64,000 nucleotides of DNA from Takakia lepidozioides (lineage: Eukaryota; Plantae; Bryophyta), in the NCBI GenBank assembly GCA_030704615.1, contig CM060732.1, positions 10,602,001 through 10,666,000 of the forward strand. The letters run 5' to 3'. Made by a program: the position numbers and the translations under genes. Positions within the stretch are counted from its first letter, which is position 1. Each line of letters opens with the position of its first letter. The notes beneath the pieces are model-generated. The model saw only the letters and a list, made by a program, of their open reading frames with translations. It was not told where the DNA came from and did no database searches. Shown piece by piece: positions 49,241 through 62,104 of the stretch.

Positions 49241-52041
49241 TCGGAGAGAGAAAGGCAGAGAAAAACACTTCAGCCGCCCAGGAAAAACATTTACTTGTGA
49301 TTCACTTGGATGTAGGCGTGAAGCTGCAGGTAATATGGGCCATGTACAAGTCTTCCTCCATGGCCATCTGTTCGGACCTTCGTTACAACATCTCTATGTT
49401 ATTTTCTTCTCAACACCTCGTTTAATCATTCTGAGACTCCAGATGCATGGCTCCACAGCAATTTACATTCCAGTTGCTCAAAGTCTTTCTGTGCTAAATC
49501 CCTATTGTGGGACTGATAGTATTCTTAGCGAGCATCATTTCTAAGCAGATTGCTACCTCTTATAAAAGGAAGGAACAATTGGGCCTAGTCCACGCCTGGG
49601 AGCTGCATCTGTGGGGCACTTGAAGTATAATGCTCCCCCTACCTGACTTCCGTTCAGCAGCCCCTACCTTAGCCAGGTACTTGGCCCCTCGCCACGATCT
49701 GCGAGTACGAGCTCTCCCTGGGATCATATGGTAGACCACCAAACGTGGATATCAAAAGATTTTGGCTTCCTGCTTGTCCTCATGCTGGATGCCCACGAAT
49801 GTTTTCAAAATTCGATCGTCTACAGTGAATGAGGTTGTATTAAATCCCACCACACATAGAAAATTTTGCAGCAGATGGATGGTTTTTCCCAGGAAGCCAT
49901 GCTTCGAGAAGACTGAATAGCTCTCACTGATCAATTCTTGATGTTGTGTGCCATCGTGTTGCTTGTCGCTTCAGTCTGCAGCTGACCTGTTGATGAAACG
50001 AACAAACATGTATATAGGATGTTTGCGGATCGTGGGGAGAGTGACCTTTGCCTGCATGCAACTCAATCAATTTAATGTACAATCTACATTGAAGGTGTTC
50101 CATTCAAGTGCCGTACAAGTTGCCTGAATTTCTTGCAATCTTTAATTAGATCATAGTGGACACTGGAGATGAGATTAATTTTCTAACTTTTAGCGCTCAG
50201 GTCTATGTATTCCTTGAGGAGAAGTTATTAATGAGCTGTTACGACTTCAATCAAGCTGGGAGTCTGGAGGTTCTCCTCGGAAGCACGACTCACTTAATAC
50301 GCTGGAGCTCATCGCATTAATTAGCCAACGGATGGGCATCTCAACAGGAGCCCAAATGAGCAGAGCATCACATGTGCGCATGCCTTGGTCAATCGCATTC
50401 CGCAACTCTTAGCTGCATTGTTGATGTATCTGATTCAACCAGTATTTGAATGAGGCAACATATGAAGATCCAAGGAGGAGAAGCCAATATCAGATCATAC
50501 AAAAACTTAGACAAACATGTGAGTCTAGCCTTTTACTTGCACCTATTCCATATGCCTGCCAGTCTCTGGTTTACTTCTTCGAAGTTATATGATCCATTTG
50601 ACACCAAATAGTATGGTCTAGTCCTCCTGTACTGAGCTCGATACTGTTTGGAAACCCAATGTTCAGGCACCTGCAGTTGCTTCACCCTTAAGCAGAGAAG
50701 TACTTGTTTTGTGAATAGTAGTACTTAGCCTGGTACGATGATGAAGAAGACCCCTAGTACCAGAAAGCACACCTCTTTCCAGGAAATCGTAAACTTTACA
50801 GTCACGATGAACTTACAGAAGTCCGCATCTTTTCCATGCACCTTGCAGGTAGCGGTAGGGGTGTACGTTTGGCCACTATAGCTGAAAGTTTCCTAGATCC
50901 CACGACTCTTCTTTTCGGATTTTCCAAATCTTTATGATAACCGCTCTTGTCAACCTCGGTGCAATTCTTGGACTTGCGACTCTGCACGCACCAAAATTAT
51001 TGTACAAAAGCAACTTGGGTATGAATAGGTGGACATATTCACGCTTTTAAAAAGAAACTAGACACAACAGCTAGAACTTCTCGTTCTAAATGAGGAGGCT
51101 ACCAAGTTATGCACCTCAAAAGAATTCGGCCATGTGGATCCGCAACCCTCACATGGAGAATGGGTCGAGTTGAATGACACTGGACTCGGTCTTACCATGT
51201 GCGCCCATCTTTGGACCAGTACAGGCTTCCTCAACCGGCAACCATTTGTCAATTACTTCGCTGAATCTCGCTATGAAGAAGAGATCAGTCATATGCATTG
51301 TTCAACAATGCTAGGGGCAAAGGCTGTAAATACTGTTTACAACTAAGTTGCTCAAATTTCCTCTCGGAACTAGTTGCATATTTCAAGAAGAAGTACTCGA
51401 TCTATCGATGGTACGGTAGTTAGAGGGTGTTTTTACTTCACTCTATTCCAAATGTGAAAGATGACTAGGTCAACTATGGACCATGGTACAAAGGAGTAGC
51501 TAATTTTATACAACTTTACTTTCACGAGCAACATCGTTGCAGGAGCATCCGGGGAATGAGGATAGTGGTAATCGTATTCCTTGCCTTGAGCAGCTAAGCA
51601 GCCGTCTTCCCGCTAGTCCTTTGGGGTAAAGAGACCCCCCCTTTGGGACACCATAACTTATGCTTCCTTGGGCATACTTTCTTTTTTCTCCTGCTCATGT
51701 TACAAAGGGCAAAAACTAAGTTGTGTCTACTTTGCATAGGGCGGAAGTGGTCGTGACAGCTTCATCTGGCCTCCCAGCTCTTTCTAACCCACCAGTTTCT
51801 TTCTCGTTGATCCCTTTTTGGCTCTCTCGTGGAGAGAGACTTTGCGGAGACATGCAAGTCAATGGAGAAAATGTGGTCAAAGTACCTTACACCGTGTCAA
51901 GGCGCTGATTGGTCTGTTGTACTGAGTCATGCTCCCTAGTCTAACCTTCCTCTTATGTTATGCCAAAGCAAAGCAAAGCTTTACATTTTTTTTTCTTTAT
52001 GGGGTTTTATTTCTCCACTGAGAGATAGAGGTTCTTGTTAA

Positions 52042-52814
52042 CCCTCAAGTTCCCAAGCCCTTTTTTGACTTTTTACCAATTTTGGGTATCCAGCTGCAGT
52101 AAATTGCCCCTAGAAACCTACCAAAAATCATCCAGAGATTCCAACCTTATAGCAGTGGGCCCAGCTCATTTATGCATGACATACCAAAAAATGAGCCAAG
52201 TCCACCCTGAAAATTGTGAGATTATACCGTTGGCCCCGGACCTCAAACATCAGGTCCCAAAGAAAAAGTGAGAAAAAAATTGGTTTGACCACATTAAAAC
52301 CTAGCTTTATCCAATTTTGCTTGCCCCAAGACCCACCATTTCCAAATCAATAGTGGAGTGGCTATGACCCACTAAATTGAAGGTCCAACTGATTTTTTCA
52401 CCTATGCTTGCTTTGTATGCAATTACATAGGGGTAGAAATCTCAAAATTGACAAGAGAAAATGTGCCTCCAAATGAAGTACTTTTATTTTTACAAATTTT
52501 TTAAAAGCCAATGGTGGATGTGTGTATGTAATGCTCACACACCACAAGTTTTCCAAAATTGCCTTTGGAGTGCAATCTGTTTTGGGCTAGTTTACCTGCC
52601 ACGTCAGCGATCAACAAGCCCTTTTGAGGCCCAAAACATAAATGAGAGATCTAAGATTTTGTTTTTTTTTTAATTTTGTTTTTTCATCATACTCAAGACA
52701 AATCCCTTGTCATTAAAGCTTCAGGAGTGGGCCCCATCAGATTAGATTTGCGAAAAATTAGGTGGAACTGCAAATTCAAAGTGACCCGATTCAGGTCGCT
52801 TGGGAACTTAAGGG
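52042..52814. mobile_element. piggyBac-like non-autonomous element (TTAA TSD), second subfamily
   Basis: TTAA|CCCTCAAGTTCCCAAGC...GCTTGGGAACTTAAGGG|TTAA; the TIRs match at 16 of 17 positions. Confidence 0.88.
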
Positions 52815-53719
52815 TTAACTCTTGTGCAGTCACCTCATTTCGGTTTTTTTATAAAGCTTTGCAAGTGACCAGATTGGTATGGAGAGGTCCAATACTTACA
52901 TGAGGAACCTACTATGGTGGTACCCTTGGACAGGAGAATATTTGAATACCCGAGCCAAAGCCAAAACCAATATCATAGAGGCCGCTCTATTTGGGGACCC
53001 TTTTGGAATCATTAAATATATGCAGGTCGCCAGGTCCAGCAAGCTTAATGACAATATTATTCATTTCATTCAGGCTTCATCCAATTTTTCAAGAATTATG
53101 CACCTAGGGTATTTTTTTCATTAAATTAGGTGGGCCATGTCAAGATTCACTTACAGTTGACATTCTCTTTGGCAAGTCATAATTATGGTTAACCATAACT
53201 CTCTACCAAGCCATAGTCATGGCTAGTGGTAAATATTTTTAATAAGTCTCAAACTTTGTTTTTATTATTATTTTATTTTCCAAACTTGACGTTTAAGAGT
53301 TACCATATTGTTACCTTTTGTTTTCAAAGTTCATCTTTTTAAGTGCAGATTATTCCCATATTTCGTCTACTCCCATGGCAGAATTTTAAAATATTCGTTC
53401 TCAAAAAACGCTTACCCAACAAGTTGAATGCAACTTGCGTGGGAACCTAGCCCCTAAGGTTGCTGGGGTAAGGTCGCTGTCAAATCCCCACTTCCATCTC
53501 CCCTCTCCCCACGGGTTGTATTATAGATTAGACCATTAAAAGATTGCAAGTGGTGTGATGGTTGGTGCAATGAGTAATAATGACGGGGTTTGGATTTCAA
53601 TTCTTCACAGGTGTGGCATGTTGGACGATGAAATAGATTACAAGAAAAAGATGACACCACCCAAAACAAGCATAAATTATGGTGTCAATCTCATCCCAAA
53701 ATAATTCTAATCCTACATC

Positions 53720-54045
53720 AGCGCTCCGCTCCCCTGTTCCCACTCCCAGCTCCCCTCCTCATTCCCTTGTCCCCTATGGAGTAGGCCTGCTCCTCTGTCC
53801 CCTGTCCCTGCTCCCTTCCTCATTCCCTAGTCCCCTATGGATCAGGCTCCATGTTCTTGGTGCCCGCTCCGGAGCGAGGAGGGGAGCGGGTCCAGGAACA
53901 GGGCAGCAGGTCCCGCTCCACAGGGCGAGGAGGCATCCCACTATTGAGTGGGGCTGCTCCCCTCCTCACTCCTTGGGGAGCAGGAACAAGGGAGCATGAT
54001 TGGGAACAGGGTCCTAAAGGTGGGGAACAGAAGGTGTGGAGCACT
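53720..54045. repeat. Foldback/MITE-like segment with a C-rich left half and a G-rich right half
   Basis: GCTCC..CCCCTGTTCCCA..TCCCTTGTCCCC on the left is mirrored by GGGGAGCAGGAACAAGGGAGC..TGGGAACAGGG..GGAGC on the right. Confidence 0.5.
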
Positions 54046-56654
54046 CCCACCTTCTCAATGTGGGGAATCAATGTGGGAGGAGATTTGACTGGCAGCCTGC
54101 ATAGTCTTCAAGTGGTAAGTGAAAAATGTAATACCAAAACAACACTTGTCCAAATCTTGGTCCATATTTACCTATTACAATAATAACATCATAGGGACCA
54201 AAGTTCATATGTGAGAGGGAGCAAAGACCTCTTAAGACAAGAACAAAGCGCAGCGTGTGTCATGTATTTGGCCATAGGGAGCGAGAATGTTCGTATCCCA
54301 GCAACAAGATGAAGGAGATCGTACGTAGTTGTTGCTAACATGGTGGAATCCATTAAGATAAGTGATGCCTCTGCTGCCATTGCATTTCAGAGCATTGAGG
54401 AATAGAATCAAGAAGAAAGACAGGTGTCAATAAGGGGCCCAGGTTTGAAGGGGGGTATGAGGATTAGTGAGTGGTCCAGGAATTAAAAAATAGGTGATAC
54501 ACCATTACTTGAATTAGTAACCATCATGTAGGGGGGTAAGAAAAAACAAGGCATGAAGTCGACAGCTATTAAATGGGGGAGGGTTCAGGCTGCAAATTGG
54601 GTAAGAAGGTGTGGCATGCCGGTTTCCAGGGCTCACACGTGTCACAGGGCAACCTTCTAGAAGGGTCTCACTGCCTTGAGAGGGTATATAAACGAGAGCC
54701 CTAGTACTTACTAAGTTACCACTTACTAGTTAATAAGTGGTGGGCTCTGCAGGCGCAGGGCCCCAAAAAAAAAACATAAACACGAACCATAGGTATATTA
54801 ATTCAACACAATAAGCTGAATAAGCCCCCAAAACAATGATGACACACTGACAGTAGTGAGAACAGTGCTGATGTTGATGATACGATAAAGATCATCCATA
54901 TAAGCAACGCTGATGTAGGTGTGTACAAAGCACGTCAATTGGAGGTAAAGTATATGATGAAGATGATATATCCTAGTACTCAGATAGCGCTACATCCAAG
55001 CACATGACTAATAAGTTGTAGTGGTTCAAAAATCTTAAGCAGATGGAATCTCATCGATGGGGTGTACAAGTTGCCATTGACGTTACAGCAGTATGGGCAA
55101 GAGGGATGAGAGATATCGATATCCTGACTCTAGAAGGAAGTGAATGGAGAATGGGAACAATACATGATGTACCCGACCTCAAGAAGACTCTCAAGTTTAA
55201 GACCACCAAAAAAACCTAAAATAAGGTGTATCACTTTCCACCGCCTTCATCGTTCCCACTTGACTTCTTGACTTGGTGTATCACTTGCAGACTGTAACTA
55301 ACTGCCAAGATCATTGAAACATATATATACATATTTTTTTTTTTCCATGCTTGGTCCAAGGGGGTATCCTAGACCAAGTATTGGTCTTCCAAGCCACTTA
55401 GTGGTCATTAGACCAACAATCTCCAGGCCCATAACCAATGCCACCTAGATGCCATCATTGTCATTCCTTATTTGGTCCGTAGCCTAAAGCCAATATGACC
55501 GAGAAAATGCCCGTGACCAATAGAATTAGTGCATTTTGAGTTTGTATGTATTTGGCTACATATGCCATGATCTATTGACAAAATTATTTGGACAATCAAC
55601 CAACTCAAAGCCTAAGAAATATCAAAAAAAGAAATTGAAAAAGAAATTTAAGAAATTTTGCTCACATCACGAACTGTAGAGCTAGAACTGCGTCAAAGGA
55701 TGAGATGATCATCATCTGCAGGTTTCAGCGTTGGGAGTGCGTTCTTTGAAATTTGACAATACTAGGTTTAGAACGATTGAGATTGGGTAGCATTTGTACA
55801 TGCTCATGCCACTCTGAGTGTGCTCCGGTGAGCAAAGCTGGAATATTTTATTAGATACTATGGCAAAACGAATTGTGCTTGCGCTAGACAAAAATTCGTT
55901 TTCTCTTGGACACAGCTAAGGCCAAAATACTGAAGTTTTGCGGGCGTGGGGGATATTTATTTATTTTTCTATTTTCCTAACCTGTATAGACAGATCCAAA
56001 ATTACCGTGATTATCTCGGATTATTAAGTTTCACTCGAGAAATCCGAGGGTTTCCTTATCATATTAGAATTTTTTGGTATTTTTTGATATGTCTCACAAC
56101 ACTATGAGGGTTTTTATAATTATATTTATCATATAAATTATAAATATATTTATAACTGAACCTATTTGCGAGTAAAGTGGACCTCATTTCTGTCTTATAT
56201 TCTATTTCCACAAAAAAACATTAGGACCTATTACAGTGTTTTTGTGCTTAAGCCTCCGTTTTTCTATGCTCACAGATGTTCTCATGCTTTCCCAGTAAGA
56301 TAACCTCACCCAATTCCAACACCCCACCTAAAACCGTCACCTGTAAAAGCTCCCCATTTCAACATCAAAGCGTTGCAAATCTGTCATATCACGACGTCCT
56401 ATTTTCACGCAGAACACATGTTTAGACACCATTGGATAAAAACTCATAGATGGATGACGTGAATGGGTGAGCCTGCTGATGTGAATAGGCAAGCCTACTA
56501 ACATGAATAGGCGAGTCTATTTCTAACTAGGTAAAAATTCATAACTAATTTGTGACTACTCCAAAAATCAAGAAACAACTTGGGATGGGTTCCAAATTAC
56601 ATTGCCCATACAGGATAAATAATGCCTTATAAGAAAAACAAAAAATTTCTTTAA

Positions 56655-56785
56655 GGAGTATTGAGTGTCTTCCGTTGGATGGTGGACACTTTTTATAACA
56701 TCCGACACGTGGTTTGAATCCACAATTTGAACCCACAACCAATAGTGAAGCAGTGTGTGCCCTTGCCACCTAGGCTGAATGTTGG
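56655..56785 (-). mobile_element. tRNA-derived SINE-like element (family A, internally shorter)
   Basis: On the minus strand, CAGCCTAGGTGG (A-box-like), GTGGGTTCAAA (B-box-like, partly duplicated) and GTGTCCACCATCCAACGGAAGAC, shared with 4168-4190. Confidence 0.55.
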
Positions 56786-56864
56786 TTGTCTACATTATTC
56801 ATTCTAGATGCAATACCAAGAACCAGTGACATGATTGACTTATGATTTATTAGTTGGTTCTAAC

Positions 56865-57787
56865 CAGTGTTGGACTGGTATCATATTTTGAACACACCAG
56901 GCTAGTACTGGTATATAGGCCGGCCAATTGTGATACCAGGGAGGTACTGGTATTGGCAAAAATCTGAGATTTTCATACCATGGTGGTATCAATAATACCT
57001 GATAGGTGTGGTGTTTTACACTGTTGGGCAGTTATTTGAATTTCTCTCTAATACCCGGCTGTTACCTATCTGGTTATATATATATATATGACCGGTGGAG
57101 GTGAAAAAATGAGATAAAAGGTCCAGTTAGGAACCGGCGAAGGTCACGCATTCAAATAACCGAGCAAAAAACCTCTTAAAGAACCGCCCAATACCCGCGG
57201 TTATTTGATGAAAACCGCCCGTTATTTGAGGTTTTTGTAAGTAACCGTAACCGCTGAGGTTATATTTAGCCATAAAAAATTTAATAACCGCAACCGCGAT
57301 TAATAGTTTCCGAAAATTCGAAACAACCGGAACCGCCGGTTATGAAAAAAATCAATTAACCGCCCAACACTGGTGTTTTACGGGTATCAATAGCAAGAGT
57401 TTTTTGAAATTGATACTAGGGTATTATCAATACTGGTCTGGTATCAAAAAGACTCATGATATGTTAAATTTTGAAGGTCCACATATAAATGTGTACAAGC
57501 ATGCTTCTCATTGATTGTATTCCTCAAGGTATTCCTCAAGTTCCTCAAAGTATTGATACCAGGTTTACCTCACAAAAATGGATCTGGTACTGGTATCAGG
57601 TACCAAATTTTCAACCACCTACCAGACTGGCAGGGTATTGTCCATAGTATTAGGAAGCAGATACCAGGCCAATACGGGTATATGCTAGGTAGTGGCCTGA
57701 GGTGATACCAGACTGGTCTGGTACTTCATACCAGTATACATACCAGTATTGATACCAGTTTCTTATCGGTATACGAGTCCAACACTG
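56865..57787. mobile_element. hAT-type MITE hosting a nested MITE
   Basis: TIR CAGTGTTGGACT...AGTCCAACACTG with TSD GTTCTAAC/GTTCCAAC (7 of 8 match). Confidence 0.88.
57019..57372. mobile_element. Nested hAT-type MITE (AACCG subterminal repeats)
   Basis: CACTGTTGGGCAGTTA...TAACCGCCCAACACTG with a perfect 8-bp TSD GTGTTTTA. Confidence 0.88.
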
Positions 57788-57899
57788 GTTCCAACCAACC
57801 TTCTTTTTTTCATTTTTGCATAGGCGGCTACAAAGGAATTACTTCCCACCTACCCCACCTCCTACCACAAAAAGTTTCACCAAAATCCAACTGCCAGAT

Positions 57900-58966
57900 C
57901 TGAAGATTTTAAAGTGTAGAGTGGGGACAAAAAAAATCTCCACTAAGAACTAGGTGCCAAAAAAAGCAGTTTTTTTCTCGTATTTGGGCATTTTTAATTT
58001 TTTCTGTTTGAGAGTCTCAAGAATGTTGTTCCATACCTGATAACACACATTCTCATAAAATTTCAGTTTTTTCTGAAATGTTCTCAAGTGGGCTCCTTTG
58101 TAGTGACAAATGGGGGGGGGTCAAAATATGCCATTTTCTTTGGGCAGGCCAAAATCTCTTTTCCTAAAATTATACAAAAAAATTCAGCCGGTCAATCCCT
58201 AATCCCTCCGGTTGAAATGTCATGGGCTTCCATACAAAGTCCCTGAAAAACTTTGAGGCCAATCAGCCAATGCACCGCATCCTTAGGTTCCCTGCCCAAG
58301 ACTTCAAATGGCACACCTTTGGTGTAGCCTGCAGGCCTATGATATTTGGAGCCGTAGCCCAGAAGGGGGGGGGGGGGGGGGCTTGGGAGCTCCTCTGGCT
58401 ACCCGGCCCCCCTTTCATGGGGGGCCACTCCACCCGCAACCCTATCTATCAAACCCCCTGGGTTTGGCCCACCCGAGATTTTCTCGAGCCGCGAGCTCTG
58501 CCGCCAATCGCGGCTGCACTCCCTCCAGTCCGCCCTGCTATGAGCCCATCGTGTTGGCTGGAGCAGTCATCTCCGTCGATCTCAGGTTAGGGTGCAGGCC
58601 TGGGAATATCCAGACCTGCGCAGGCCGCCATACCCACCGGGCAATCAATGGGTTGGGGGAAGCATGCTGCCCATCCCTTTATGGGGTATCATTCATTCAC
58701 CCTAACCTGACCGCAGTTGCCATGTCAGCAACTTGGGCAGGTTAGGGGTGCCAAAATGGCCTCAAAAGCTGAGTTGGCCCCCTTCCAATTGATCGAGATC
58801 CCTACCCCTTCAGGCATTGACCAATTGGCCAATGCCATATGAAGGAGTACCCGATTATCTGTCGATTGAGCCAAAAAAAAAAGGCCAATCAACCTTAACC
58901 ACAGGAAGTTATGGCTGGTTAAAGAAACCTAACCAACCCAAAAGGGGTCGGTTTGACACTTAAGGG
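57900..58966. mobile_element. Truncated piggyBac-like element (right end only)
   Basis: Ends GACACTTAAGGG|TTAA and shares TTTGAGGCCAATCAGCC and CCAATT(T)GGCCAATGC with 47621-48271. The left end was not found, so the start is approximate. Confidence 0.55.
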
Positions 58967-59641
58967 TTAAGTGAAAAAACAGAGTTGCAGGCACCATAGC
59001 CCACTGAAAACATGCATTCTGGCACTAACTAGACGAGTCCAGAAAATGGAAGTCAGCCACCATAGCCTAGGTGGATCAAATCCATATGGCCTATCTAAAT
59101 CCTGCTCCCTTTAAGGCCCAAACATATAATCGCATACCTGGCGACATTTCCACGGCAGGGTGCGATGTAAGAAGGCGACACCAAGGAGAATGGGGGACGG
59201 GGCACGGTGGCAACGGCCTGCCCATCCAACCCGTAAAACCCTGGAGATCGAACGTCCGTTCTCGCTGCAGGTGGCGAGGTCGCGGAGCTCGCTGGCGCGA
59301 TGGGTTCAAGGGAACTCAGTTCCCAGGCAATCATCGTGCTTTTTGGCCAGGGAGCCCATATTTTCTGTTTTTGTTTTTTCTTGGTTTGTCCGGGCCCCTG
59401 ATTTCGATTTTTGGTGCTTTTAGTCGCCTAAAAAGGACACAGGACCAAAATGCCTAGCAGCCTAGGCACTTCATCCTTGGGCGTAGTATAATGATGTTTT
59501 CCAATAGGTTTGTTGTTGTTCTACTTTGTCCTTGGGCCTACCTATGTGGACGTTACTAGGTTCCTGTCTCTTGAGGTCCCACTCTCTTTCTTTTCTTGTT
59601 TCACTGTCCCATAAGCTTTATGAGGGCGTTGTAAAGTATCA

Positions 59642-62104
59642 TCACATTTCTTTTTTGCTTGAGTTATGCTCTATAAACGCTGTGGAATTTGTCGTTACAC
59701 AGCAAGCACTCAAACCTAATGAATTTTCGAATTGGTCACCGAGCATGGTTTTGGCACTCACCTCTTGCACTTTAGTGGCATCCAAGGCGGTTTTCTCCAG
59801 AAAATTCAACTGTTGCTCGTATGGGGCCTCAGAATTTTGCTGAGTATCCAAAGAACGGTCAAGCTTTTGTTGCTCCTGGTAGCCTTGTGCCAAATACAGA
59901 TCTCTTTCTACAATATCTTGAGTCTCGAGCCTCGCAAAGCTCACAAACCTTGACTTCCGCGCACTTTCTTCTAGCTTAAATTTCCGTTCCTCCTCGCTCA
60001 TTCCTTCAAGGCCTTCGAAACTTTCCACTGCACGCTTTTTCTTTTCTATGGAAATGCCTTTCCCTCTGTCCAACAAACAAAATGCTGCCTGAATTTTCCT
60101 TCCAGAAGCTTGCTCAAGGTGCAGCAAGTGCTGCATTGAAGCTGCTGTTGTCTCTTGCATGGCTACCCTCGCAACCGAGATATCATTAAGAACTTTCTGT
60201 TGTTCGGCAACTGTTTTGAGCGCCTCGCTCTGAGTACAAATAATACCCTCCATCTTCTCCAGTTTTGATTTCATGGCACTTACTTCATGTTTTGATGTGG
60301 CCTGTTCCCTTCTTAAACATGAGTTAGAACGTTAAAACCTTACATTTTTCACATCGAGCCAGTTCATTGAATCAGAAACTGAGACTGAGATAGAAAAAGC
60401 TGGAAGAAACTGATTCATTCCTGCACAAGTGTAGAGCTTACCTGGAATTGTCTCACGTCAGACCTCAGGGCTTCCATGCTCAAAACAACCTCTGCCTTCA
60501 AAGCTTCCATTGCAGATAATATTGCCTCAACTTCACTCTTCAACCCGTCAAATGCAGCGGCCATTGCAACTTGTAACTGCTTTTCACCTTCCTTTTCTGC
60601 CTGTACTTTGAAGCAGTTACTAGTGTATCAAAGCCCGACCACATAAAAACCAGTCGAAGAGAATTTGAGAGTTTTCGACTTCAGGCAAGCTGATCCTTTG
60701 GACCTTTCACTGACGACTGACTGTCCAATTGATAGATCCATAGCTATGGACCAAGCCAATTGTTCATGGATTACAAGCTTGTGCATCAAGTTACTGAAAC
60801 CTAGTACGATACACAGGCATATAGATTGTACATTTAATCACGCTTTTTCAAATGCTGCCAGAGATTGAAAGCAAAGTTAGCTGATTCCAATCATGTATAA
60901 AGGTCCGCAAGCTACATTTGCTCCTCGTTTTCTCTGATACCGGTGACTCAACTAATCACCCGTGGAGTTCATCAGAAAACAATGGAACTCGTGCTGGCCT
61001 TAAGGTCAAACTCTTTACAGTAGAAATCTAAGAGTCATCACAACTGTGACAGTGAAAAGATAATTCTAGCTCTAACCAGTGGTGGTTCATGCCATGGACA
61101 GAAAACAAATAGGCCCTCGGAGCATAGGCCTACCTTGAGCTTGATATTCTCTTGAAGAGTTTGATGCAAATGGACTTCGATAGCTGATAACCTTGTCTTC
61201 GCATCCTCGAGCTCTTTCTGAACTGTGTCCCTCTCTTTTTTAAGAGCCGAAGGTGTCTCTTTTACCGTAAGCAGAAGCTCCTCACTCAAGGCAGCTAGGG
61301 ATGATTCGTGACATTGATGTTCTTTTTCAACCTGTGTCAGTAGTGGGTGGCATTTAGCACTATTAAAGGAATTACCATAAACTAGCCACAAAATTGACCA
61401 ACCATTCATGTCAACTGTTCAACACATGAAGATGCTAGTTAGGATATGAACATTGAACTAACTCTAGTACAGTCTCTTTCGAGCATATTTAAAAAATCAC
61501 CTTCACCTGACCACCTGGCATCGAGCCTTTATTCAAATGCTTGAAGTCCAGAAAGTGAAACAGTCAAATTCAGTTGGATATTGCTGTATACAAAGCTGTA
61601 GCTTCAAGCGGCCAGATAGTGTGGTACATATTTGGCTCTCTGGATCTACACTACACAAACATGCACTGCGCTGGTACGAGGAGAACCAAGTACTCCTTTT
61701 GAACATCCTTCATTGCACAACACAAGTGCCGTAGAATCTTAGTTCAAGTTCGGTGTGAAGTACCTGGTATATCTTCTCTGTTTCCATTTCTAAAAGCTGT
61801 TTCTTTAGTTTAGCAATGTCAGCATCCTTTTGAGCAATTTCTCCTTCAAGTCCCTCCATACTTTCCAGTGCTTTCACACACATATCTTTCCATGTGTTTC
61901 TCTCCTCAATCACAGCTTGTTTTTCTCTGTTTTCCCATTCCAACTCATCTTGCAGAAGCTCGAGCTTGTTGTCCATTATGTCCTGAATAGGGGAGGTAAT
62001 GTTTGCGAAATGTAGATCGTTAGATTATACTCTGGTTTCAGTTGCTTCAAAGCTTTGACCTCTACTCTGGAGCTGGGATCCAGCTGGGAGCGAATCGATG
62101 ACAT
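59642..62104 (-). CDS. Uncharacterised coiled-coil protein. Exons 62104-62060 (tentative), 61982-61764, 61331-61134, 60600-60442, 60301-59642
   Basis: Four E/K/L/Q-rich exons are joined by canonical GT-AG introns, all in phase 0 (exon lengths 219, 198 and 159 bp), with no internal stops. No family was recognised. Confidence 0.7.
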
